A stretch of 63,879 nucleotides of DNA, filler included, from Octopus bimaculoides (taxonomy: Eukaryota), in the NCBI RefSeq assembly GCF_001194135.2. It is 5 parts of 5 records of this genome, joined end to end, with 100 filler letters (N's around TTAATTAATTAA, not from the genome) between each part and the next. Parts side by side here need not be neighbours in the genome. Positions count along the whole stretch, not along the records: positions 22,379 to 49,208 come from NC_068985.1; 4 more parts are not named here. One strand, written 5' to 3'. A model generated the notes under the pieces. That model was given only the letters and a program-made list of their open reading frames with translations. It searched no databases and was not told the origin of the DNA. Of this stretch, positions 23,240 to 33,605 are shown piece after piece. The position numbers were made by a program, and so were the translations under genes. The first letter of the stretch is position 1. Each line of letters starts with the position of its first letter.

Positions 23240-24960
23240 GAACATTCATTTAAGGTTCCCTGCATTTTCACTGCTTCGATCATTTCTTCTTTACTCCCCT
23301 TGACATACCAGGCCAGGCTAGTCTTCTCTTCCCTTACACAACCTTCACAACAGACCAATCCCCGTCCTCCTTCCCTCCTCTTCACATACAATCTTGACAC
23401 ATCACTCTTGGGTGTAGTTCTTTGTTCATTGTCATTAATTTACATGTTCTCTGGTCTATCTCTTGAAATTCATGCTTCTTCCAAGATACTATTCCTGCCC
23501 CATATCTCATCAAAGCAATCGCCCACGTGTTAATTGCTCTAATCTTATAGTGGCCATTTAGCTTCAATTGGAACACAAGCTGAGTTCTCTTCAAATACTC
23601 TTTCCTGTACATTTCTTTCAACTTATGTTCATTCATCTTCTCTCTTTCAATGATACCCAGGTACTTATATCTTTCCTCTCTGACTTCCTTTATAGTTTCA
23701 CCACTTTCCATCTTAATCACATGGCTTTTACTGATTTTCTCCCTTTTGTGAATCATTACACCATATTTCTCAATCTCAAATTCCATGCCAATATCTTTGC
23801 TAATCATCTGCACAAGTTGCCATCAAACTCCCAATTTCTTTCTCAGTCTTAGCGAATAGCTTTAGATCATTCATAAACCACAAGTTGTTTACTTTCACCC
23901 TGCCTAGCATGTACACCACATACATCTTTCTTAAAATGCTTGTTAGTGGCAGTATACAGTCAACAAATAGGAGAGGCGACAGACTGTCAACTTGAAAGAT
24001 TCCTCTTTTGATATTTACCTCTCCCAGCTTATCTTCCCATGCTGTGAGTTCAATTAACCACATTGTCATTGAGTTTTGTATTACCTTCAGGATATTGTGT
24101 GAGACCTTAAGTAGTTTAACGCATTCAATAATCCATGAGTGTAGGACCATATCATATGCTTTCCTGTAATCCACCCATACCATCGCAAAATTTTTGTGTC
24201 TCTTCTTGCAATCAGCCAGGATAGTTTTATCAATTAGTAATTGATCATTCATTCCTCTGCTCTTACATCTACACCCTTTTTGTTCCACTGGTAGTAACTC
24301 GTTCTTATCTAGATACTTACAGATGCTGTTTGATATGATGTCCGTCATCAGTTTCCACATCAGTGGCAAACAGGATATTGGTCGGAAATTTCCAACCACA
24401 TTCCCTTTATTTGGGTCCTTCTGGCATAGTACCATTCTTCTTTTTGCCATCTAGGCTGGTATTTGGATGTCACTACTCAGTATTTCGTCCAGCTATCTCA
24501 TAATTTTCCTGTGCAGAGCTGTCGAGTTTTTAAGCCCAAATCCCTGAACCCTGTCTGGGCCAAGCACTTTCCAGTTAGGAATTTTCCTGCACTGATCTGT
24601 AATCATCTCCTTGGTTATTCTCAAATCTTCCTACTGATACTCTCCTCTTTGAGTGTCTTTAACCACTCTGCTTCAGTTTTGTGTTGTTTCTCCTGAGACC
24701 ATATGTTTGACCAGAATCTTTTGCTTTCTTCAGTATCCAGCACAGCTTTTTCACCTTTTTCTTTCCCATCCAGATCCTGATAGACTTGTTTCTGATTTTG
24801 TTTGAAAAGTCTATTTACTCTGTATTGCTCAATTCTCTGTTCATATCTCTTTAGTTTATGTGCTTTAGCTTTCAACCTCTGTTTTAATTCCTCAATCACA
24901 ACATTGATTCCCTTTCTCTTCACCCTATACTTCCTCTCTAGCTCAGTATATTTTACTAGT
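23240..24960 (-). mobile_element. Dong/R4-clade non-LTR retrotransposon RT fragment
   Basis: [70 protein letters not shown] and AINTWAI motifs. Confidence 0.9.
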
Positions 24961-25059
24961 AGTGCACTAGTAAATATTAAGATAGGGATTATAATAGTAA
25001 TACAGAAATTATAATAGCAAAAATTACCCAGAATGATTTAACAAGTGGAGTTGTGAAAC

Positions 25060-25680
25060 CATTGAGTTGTCAGCAACTAAACCGGCAACCCCACTAAGCT
25101 TGCTTGGTGAGGAGGGTGGATTTTCGACACCCTATGTGAGTAAAAGCAAAACCAGGCAAAGGGCAGAGGAACTTAAAAGAGCCAATGGCCATTCCAAAAA
25201 CAGGTAGACAGAACTTGTGAGCTTTGGTTGGCAGTCTGTCTAGGAGAAGGAATACTCTGATTTAAAAACTGGGATAGATAGTAACTCCTGAGTGACAGTG
25301 GTGACAACCTGTCCCCTGACAATCAAGCCTGGCTCCTTCACAAGACCAACAGGAGAAGTGTGGGAAAAGGAGATGGAAACTCCAAAAATTAAACCAGGCT
25401 TACAGGAATCCTATATCCTAGGGTGGAGATCCTGTCAGTGAAAAAACAATACTGGTGATTGTGCAACCTAGAATTCACTAACCCTCATCACAAGTGCTGA
25501 TATGTCAAATGAAAATAGAAATGAGAATTGCAGGAATGAGGCTGGAACACCTTGTGAAGGTTTCTCACCTGGGTGGGCAGCGTGGGCCCAGTCGTTATCA
25601 AGCAACTGCTAAAAGAAGGTGAATGAAAGAAATGGAAATGAATGTGGCTGTAATGGAGTGCTACTTTCTGGGTAGTCCAA
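25060..25680 (+). mobile_element. 5' end and ORF start of a Dong/R4-like element
   Basis: ...ATAKRR*MKEMEMNVAVMECYFL..P, resembling the Dong N-terminus; ends at an (ATT)n run. Confidence 0.55.
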
Positions 25681-25694
25681 GAAATGATAATGAA

Positions 25695-26040
25695 GTAACT
25701 ATAATTATTATTATTATTTTATGTTTGACTTTTGCTTTGCATTTGTACAAGTTAGCTCCAAGTCTCACCCAGAGACCTCAAGAGACAACAGGTTAGAAGT
25801 TCATGTTGGTGTTATACCTAGGGTGCCATATATTTGGTTTTATACAGTGTTGTTGTAGAGAATGTTTAAGAAACCATAAGAAAATTATGTGTTTGTTTTA
25901 AAATTTGACATTACATAGACAGTATTTTATGTAGGATATGGGCAGTTCCCATGATTTGCACTATCTTTTGAATTTCTGCCATTTTGGGGTTTCCTGGTGT
26001 CTGAGCTAGGTAGCAATCAGCCCCTTTTGCTATCATTCCT
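25695..26040 (-). mobile_element. Dong/R4 3' end (subfamily 1) embedded in (ATT)n
   Basis: PGNPKMAEIQKIVQIMGTAHILHKILSM* followed by 3' UTR and (AAT)n. Confidence 0.75.
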
Positions 26041-26089
26041 ATTATTATTATTATTATTACTATTATCATTATTATTATTATTATTGTTC

Positions 26090-26247
26090 AGTAGTTTTAT
26101 TTTTATGACGTGCTTTCACTTCACTACTGAGCGCAGCTCTGTGCGCCTTGGGTATGTGAGGATGTGTGCTGTGCCCAGTAATGCAATTTTCTGTATGTTA
26201 TATATATTTGTAAGTCTTGGTGTTTTTGTTATGTATTTGTCTGAATA

Positions 26248-26265
<18 letters not shown>
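26090..26265 (-). mobile_element. Dong/R4 3' end (subfamily 2), internally deleted
   Basis: TPRLTNIYNIQKIALLGTAHIL; UTR matches 62850-62925. Confidence 0.75.
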
Positions 26266-26322
<57 letters not shown>

Positions 26323-26329
26323 GATAAGG

Positions 26330-26543
26330 CAGTGAGCTAGCAGCATTGCTAGTACACTGGACAAAATGGTTAGCGGTATTTTGCCTATCACTTTGTTCTG
26401 TGTTCAAATTCTGCCAAGGTAACTTTGTCTTTTGATCCTTTCAGGGTCAATGAAATAAGTACCAGTTACACATTGGGGTCGATGTAATCGACTAGCCCCT
26501 TCCACCAAAATTTTCAAGGCCTTGTGCCTAGAGTAGAAATAAC
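26330..26543 (+). mobile_element. tRNA-derived SINE with Nin/Deu-like domain
   Basis: aaggcagtgagctagcag...ttttgatcctttcagggtcaatgaaataagtaccagt. Confidence 0.7.
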
Positions 26544-26547
26544 TATT

Positions 26548-26600
<53 letters not shown>

Positions 26601-26606
26601 TATTAT

Positions 26607-26826
26607 TGATAAGGCAGTGAGCTGGCAAAATTGTTAGCACACTGGGCAAAATGCTTAGTGTTATTTTGTCTATCACTATGTTCTGAGTTCAAATTCCGTT
26701 GAGGCTGACTTTGCCTTTCATCTTTTCAGGGTCAATAAATTAAATACCAGTTGAGTACTGTGGTCGATGTAATTGACTAGTCCCCTCCCCACAAACTTCA
26801 GGTCTTGTGCCTATTGTAGAAAGGAT
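26607..26826 (+). mobile_element. tRNA-derived SINE with Nin/Deu-like domain
   Basis: aaggcagtgagctggca...gcctttcatcttttcagggtcaataaattaaataccagttgagtactg. Confidence 0.7.
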
Positions 26827-27075
26827 TTTTATTATTATTGAAGTTATTATTTTTAAAATAGAAGAAGGAACGCATATCATCATCATGGAAAGTTAAGTCA
26901 TTGAATTTACATGTGGCACACTACTTGTAATCATGTCTTGGTTCTTTCCAGTCATCATTTTAAGCACAGTTTTGGTCTCATAATCTAAAGACAAATGTTC
27001 TACCACATTATGAAGAGGACTTTATAAGTTGCCTGTACGCACAGATGGTAATAATATTTGTGACATATTTTACAG

Positions 27076-27176
27076 TGAAACCAACCATTCAGATCATGAA
27101 TGAAACAGATTGTATATACAATGTAACAGCACAATGTTCTTTACCTGTGACACATATAGAATGTTTTATTGGAAAG
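27076..27176 (+). CDS. Candidate host exon A: first half of an Ig-like domain (could instead start at 26965 or 26970 in the same frame)
   Basis: ttttacag acceptor and AAG|GTAAGT donor; phase 1 to 0; (V)KPTIQIMNETDCIYNVTAQCSLPVTHIECFIGK. Confidence 0.55.
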
Positions 27177-27894
27177 GTAAGTAAACAGAATTCTTTTTAT
27201 CTGTATTCATCTTTCTACCATTAAGCTACTCAGCTCTGGACTAAGGAGTGGAATGTTTTATATTATTCAAACTATCTGGAACAAGCATAGGGACTTTAGT
27301 AAGATTTGAACCTATGACTATGTGGTCACTAGTCTAGCAGCCACTTAACTACACAGTCATTATTTTTGATTTCACAGGGTTGTTTTTTCTTCTTCTGTGT
27401 TTTAGTTTTAGATTAGATTTCAAACTAATAAAACTGTAAGAATTCACATGCAGGTGGAATTTTAGTTTCCCTGTTGCCTCGTGTTATTTTAAACACTCGG
27501 AAATTTCAGTTAGACTTACAAATATTTTAGCTTCATCTTTATTATGTGAATTATTTTAGATAGATAAAAACTAGTGATTTGCTACATCGTTTTTGGCCTG
27601 TATTATTATACGTGTCAAAATTTTTTACCTACACAAAACAAAATAATTCTCTTTCTGTACTTCTGATTCTTACTGTGACAACAACCATGCATAAGCTGTA
27701 CTTTGTTATATTTCATTTTAATTTCCTCTCTAGTAGCCTGACATTAACCTTTTTCTAACCTGAGTAGAGTAAATTTTGCATGTTCAAATACTCATATGTT
27801 TACCAGATTTACTTTGCATTGACACATCTGCTTACACACATTTAATTCTGCAGCATGAATCACTCCATTGACACAAAACGAAAATATCTATATA

Positions 27895-28035
27895 AATACA
27901 GTTCTATATTTAAGAGATGAGGAATTATTTATATTATTTACATTTGACAGATATTTGTCTGCATCTTGTTTGTTGTTAACACGTTTCAGCTGATATACCC
28001 TCCAGCCTTCATCAGGTGTCTTGGGGAAATTTCGA

Positions 28036-28068
<33 letters not shown>

Positions 28069-28318
28069 CATTATTATTCAGGTCACTGCCTGGAATCGAA
28101 CTCGGAATCTTGGGGTTAGTAGCTTGTACCCTTAACTACTATGCCACAGGCACATGGCATAGTGGTTAAGAGCGCAGGCTACTAACCCCAAGATTCCAAG
28201 TTCAATTCCAGGCAGTGACCTGAATAATATAATAATANNNNNNNNNNGGCATAGTGGTTAAGAGCGCAGGCTACTAACCCCAAGATCCCAAGTTCAATTC
28301 CAGGCAGTGACCTGAATA

Positions 28319-28374
<56 letters not shown>

Positions 28375-28512
28375 TCGAAAAATACCTTAGGAATGAGAAC
28401 CCTGGTTTGAAATTTCCCCAAGACACCTGATGAAGGCTGGAGGGTATATCAGCCAAAACATTGTGTTAACAACAAACAAGATGAGGACAAATATCTGTCA
28501 AATGTAAATAAT
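27895..28512. mobile_element. Head-to-head inverted pair of tRNA-head + (AAT)n + hammerhead elements
   Basis: A box TGGCATAGTGG and B box GTTCRATTCC; HHR gacac-CTGATGA-aggctg..cagcc-GAAAC.. at 27977-28020 (-) and 28422-28467 (+). Confidence 0.75.
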
Positions 28513-28519
28513 GTATGTG

Positions 28520-31480
28520 TGACAGAACCGGGTGAAAGTGCCCAAGGGGTGGTCGCACATGATGATGCACCTTGGAACACTGACATGGTAGACAGGTACG
28601 TGACCAAGCAGTAATAGACCGATGCATATTTGGCCAGAAAAAGTGGGCTGAGATAAGCTTTACTGTGGCCACAATGCCTGGGTGTGACAGTGAATTCAGT
28701 GCTTCAAAAACAGCACAACAGTGATGTTCAGGAACAAAGGGTCGGGGTGACCCGGTAGAAACATCGCAGAGAATGGTTCCTTCAGAGAAAGGCAGAGGCA
28801 GGTGTTCAAACTTGCAGCAGCAAAACTGTGCTGAAGAGATGTCCAGAGAGTCCAAGGAAGGTTGGTCAGTAGCCGTAGCAACCAAATCAATCGAAGCAGG
28901 AGTTGACAAAGCACCGACAGGCAGGTGAGATAAGGCATCAGCAGGGATGTTGTCGGTGCCAGTGATGTGGCGAATGTCACTAGTGAACTGTGATATGTAG
29001 TCCAAATGCCTTGCTTCTCTGGGCGAGTACTGGTCCATTTTGGCAAAAAGAGTGAACGTTAGCAGTTTGTGGTCAGTAAAAATTGTGAAATCTCTACCTT
29101 TGAGAAGGTGAGAGAAATACTTCACCACAAGATAAATTGCTAAGAGTTCCTTACCAAATACACGGTACCTCACTTCAGCAGCTTTCAACTTGCAAGAAAA
29201 GAAAGCCGGTGGCTGGATTCGGCTGTTGACAGATTGCTGCTAAAGCAGATGCATGTACAGTAAGAGACAATTTTGCATCAGCAACAGGTTGAGCGAGGAA
29301 GGATGCTTGAGCAAGCTCAGCTTTGACAGATTCAAAAACTTGGATGACTGTATGAGACAGTGTAATTGTGGTATCTTTCTTGCATTGATGTTTCAAAAGC
29401 TGGGTCAAGGGAAGCAACTTCTCCTCACAGTTAGGAATGAAGCAACGATAATGATTAATTAAACCAATAAAATTTCTGAGCTGTTTTAAAGAAACAGGAA
29501 GAGACAAGTGTTTGATGGCTTCCACTTTAGAGGGAAGCAGATAAAAACTATCAGCGTCAATAAGATGCCCCAAGGATTCCAAGCTGGTAGAACTAAATAC
29601 ACACTTAGCTGGATTGATCTTCACATCATAAGAATGCAGACGCTTGAACAGTTGGGTTAAGTGTTGGAGGTGCTGGTTCGGACTACTACTGGTGATTAGA
29701 AGGTCATCAATGTATGCAAAGACAAAATCTAATCCATGAACAACCTCATCAATAAACCTTTGGAATGTGCTGGCCACATTACGAATACCAAACGACATAG
29801 ACAGGAACTCAAATGCTCCAAAAGGTGAGGTGACGGCTGTCATTAGAATGTCATCAGGGTTGACAGGGATTTGATGGTATACGTGTACCAAGTCGATTTT
29901 AGAAAAACCCTTACAGCCATGCAGAGCAGATGAAAAATCCTGCACATTTGGTAGCAGATAGCTATCTGGAATAGTGACAGTGTTAAGGCATCTAAAATCT
30001 CCAATCAGTCCAAAATCAGCTTCATTCTTCCTGGCCATGTGTAAAGGTGCTGCCCACTGGCTCATAGAGGAACGAATAAGGCCCAGCTAGAGCATGTGCT
30101 TGAATTCAGCCCAGGCAATCTGGAGCTTCTCTGGAGACAAAAGGCGCAGTCGGGAAAAAACAAGAGGTCCCTTAGTCGTGAGGAAATGTCTCATGAAATG
30201 GGCTTGATTCAACAGATGAAATGACAAATCAGTCAACTCTGGAAATGAAGCGAGTAACTGGTGGTAAGGGTCACCCGAAGCAGCCACAAAGAAAGAAGGG
30301 CTCACAACAGGGACATAAGAATCCTTTTCTGAGACAGCAAGTGAGGTAGTATCATCAAGAAGCCGGTGTCCTCTAACGTCCACAAGGAGAGAATAGTGAT
30401 GTATGAAGTCAGCTTCAAGGATGGGGTAGGGCAGGTCCGCAATGACAAAGATCCACTTGAAATCTCTATGGAGTGACAAATCCAGAGTAAGAGCGATTTG
30501 TCCATAGGTTTTAATGGCAAGGTGATTCACTGCATAGAGAAAGATGTCAGAAAGACCAGGATTGGTAGAAGTAATCTTACAAGACCAGACACTCACACTG
30601 ACTCCTGTGCCCACCATAAAGGACTTTGAAGAAATAACATTTCGGATAAAAACTGCATGGTTAGGTGAATCAATGGGGGACAACTGTCGTGCCCAGTGCC
30701 TCCCTGCTTAGTTTCCCTGAGAAGAGTAAGAGCAGAGCTGTGTACACATTTCGGCCAGGTCTTTGAATTTCCTATAATACCAGCAAAGGGGTGGAGCAGG
30801 AAGCATGCACCTGCATGTGGAAGAGTGACGTCTGGTTCTCCCTGTAGAATAATTCCGTGAAGAAGGACAGTTCCTACACATGCATGAAACTTGACGGGTC
30901 AGTTCCCTAATAGGCCGTAAGGTTTCGGAGGATTGTATGTTGTCCGGAGCAGAAGAAGTGTAAGCTCACGAGGAAGATGAAGAAGCTACTGTGACAACGT
31001 TATGACAGTGTGCCAGAGAATTCCAGAATCCTGTCTGTGGAGGCAGCAAGTTGTTCAATGGTGGTATGTTCCATTATGGGTGCTAAAATTGATTAGACAT
31101 TAGAAAGCATCCTTGAAAAAAAAATAACTGTTTGACGAATGATTGACCCTCATATGAACTATAAGTCAATTCCTTGGTCTTTCACAAAAACTTGGTGGGG
31201 TTTAGTCCCCAAGATGCTCGTCCCGCAAGAACATGCGAAATTTACTTTTGGCAGAAGGAGAGTTGCATCTGGGAACCTCTGTTTTGAAGGGTTCATATGT
31301 TGTGTCAAGTGGGGTTATCATATCATGGGCTGAGAGTGTGAGAGGAGAAGGGATGCCTGTGAGTGCAATGTGGAGTTTGCTCTGAGCCAAATGAATATTT
31401 GAGGAAAAGAAAAAGGATTCCAATTGTGAAAACCACATCTTAGCATCTCCATGAAATTGAGGCAAAGGAAAAGGACTCAT
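28520..31480 (-). mobile_element. Gypsy LTR retrotransposon gag-pol fragment (gag, PR, RT, RNase H, start of IN)
   Basis: Gag LPQF...WFSQLE...EHLGD; RT FSKIDL..YHQIPV..DDI..TA...PFG.FEF..M.FG and FAYIDDLLI; RNase H ELLAIY..VKYF..LL.GR.FTIFTDHK; IN zinc-binding LSHPG...FFWPNM..C..CQ. Confidence 0.9.
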
Positions 31481-31954
31481 CTTTAGACGATAATAAGAAA
31501 TAGAACGCCATGAAGAATAAGCTGGTTGAAGAAAATGCCATTAGAAATAGCAGTCAAACACTGTGCCTACAACTACATCATCCATTGTGTTCATTTCTAC
31601 TTCAAGGTGATAACGATGTTATCTGAAGTACAGTGGGTTGCTATTCCTAGTAGATCTAGTGACATCGTATAGAATTCCAAGTTGGTCTATTACCGTAATA
31701 ACTATTGCAATCATATTGGATTGCAGTCTTTGGGTGTAATAACATCTATAATTCAATCTGTATTTCTCTAGGACTTGAGCCTTATATAAGTTTTATAATT
31801 TTTTAGTTCTACTTCAGTACTTCATGATCCTTAAAAGGAAACAGTTTCAGTGTTGCAGTCTTGGTTATCTGGTATTTGTGCAAACCACAATGAGAGGTTC
31901 TAAGAGACAGTATAACCTAAAATTCATAGAGAATGTGCAAAAGCTTTGTGGTAT

Positions 31955-32346
31955 GTTACTCTTACTCTTTTAGTTGTTTCAGTCATTTGACTGTGGCTAT
32001 GCTGGAGCACCACCTTTATAGTCGAGCAAATCGACCCCAGAGCTTATTCTTTGCAAGCCTAGTACTTATTCTATCGGTCTCTTTTGCCGAACTGCTAAAT
32101 TACAGGGATGTAAACACACTAGCATCAGTTGTCAAGTGATGCTGGGGGGACAAACATATACACACACATATATATATATACATATATGACAGGCTTCTTC
32201 CAGTTTCCATCTACCAAATCCACTCACAAGGCTTTGGTTGGCCTGAGGCTATAGTAGAAGACACTTGCCCAAGGTGCCACACAGTGGGCCTGAACCCGGG
32301 ACCATGTGGTTGGTAAGCAAGCTACTTACCACACAGCCACTCCTGT
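31955..32346 (-). mobile_element. Full-length CORE-type SINE
   Basis: Matches 15278-15687. Confidence 0.85.
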
Positions 32347-32651
32347 GTTGTTTAGGAATGGTAAGGATGTTGTGTGTGTTTCCTTGATTTGTGTCATATT
32401 TGTGTTTCAGTATAATGGAATGAAACTAAAATGTCAAACTCAAATTTCAGAATATCTCCAAGTCCTTTTAGTTAATAAAGGCTAAACTTTGACAAACTCA
32501 TCAAATTTTGTGTAATGACACTTAGCTGCAGAAGAAGATGGTTTCTGGAATAAAAGTATCATATGTTTAGAACTGTATTTAATGCCTGTTCTATCAACTT
32601 CAGACTGTAATTACTACTCTATGTCTATGCCCTTCCCTTAGACTATATCAT

Positions 32652-32890
32652 TCTTTTATTTGTTTCAGTCATTTGAATGTGGCCATGCTGGAGCATCGCC
32701 TTTAGTCAAACAAATTGGCTCCAAGACTTATTCTTTGTAAGCCTAGTACTTATAAATGGTGGTGCCCCAGCATGGCCACAGCTCATGAGCTGAAACTAGA
32801 TAAAATGATAAAATGAAAAAATGATTCTATCAGTCTCTTTTGCTGAACCATTAAGTTATGGGGACGTAAACACACCAACACCGGTTGTCA
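32652..32890 (-). mobile_element. CORE-type SINE 3' half interrupted by an inverted SINE tail (about 32754-32824)
   Basis: Break at agtacttat^tctatc. Confidence 0.7.
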
Positions 32891-33124
32891 CTCGAGTAAA
32901 TCATCCATGCAAGCCTTTCATGTGCCATAATGAGTTCTTGTCAGAGTATCTTAATAATATTGTATCAATTATGCTAACAAGTCAAGTAATTTAATGAAAA
33001 ATGAATTGAGAAATAAATGTGGTAAAATAAATGCACTCCATGATGCTTTATAATGAAGTTTTTAAAAGTTATTCTCTCTCCTTCACTTTCTTTCTCTCTC
33101 TCCCCATCTCTCTCTCTCTTTTAG

Positions 33125-33278
33125 GATCTACAAAAATTTAGTTCAAACAAAACAGAAAATTGTCTTGATGGAAAAACTTACACATTCAGTGCTACATTAA
33201 AACCTCATTCTGGGAATCTGAAATGCAGTTTTACTATGGACAACATATTCAGTACTGAACGAACTAAAGAAGTTAAAT
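33125..33278 (+). CDS. Candidate host exon B: second half of the Ig-like domain
   Basis: Long polypyrimidine tract with TAG acceptor; T|GTGAGG donor; phase 0 to 1; open: DLQKFSSNKTENCLDGKTYTFSATLKPHSGNLKCSFTMDNIFSTERTKEVK. Confidence 0.65.
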
Positions 33279-33398
33279 GTGAGGGAATAATTTCATAAAT
33301 TTTATAAATTCTATTGAAAATTGTTTTTAAATTTCCTTTATCTAAATATTTAATCTCTTTTTTAAAAAATTTTTTGGTTATTTCCAACTTTCTTCAAA

Positions 33399-33441
<43 letters not shown>

Positions 33442-33605
33442 AATCATACTTAACATGTTATCCTAAATTGGGTGCTCCTGCAATTCATGTCAACTCCTTA
33501 AAATTTTCCTTAAAAACAAACCAAAGTGGTCCAAGATCCCTTGGACCAAAGTGGTCATGCCCTTGTATCATAGTCTTTTATAGCCCTCTGTTTCGTTATC
33601 CATCC

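Noticed and set aside
28155-28220. tRNA gene calls (also SINE heads at 3960, 15640, 50540, 57005, 58325)
   Set aside because: A and B boxes are present but there is no complete acceptor stem, and they continue into SINE bodies.
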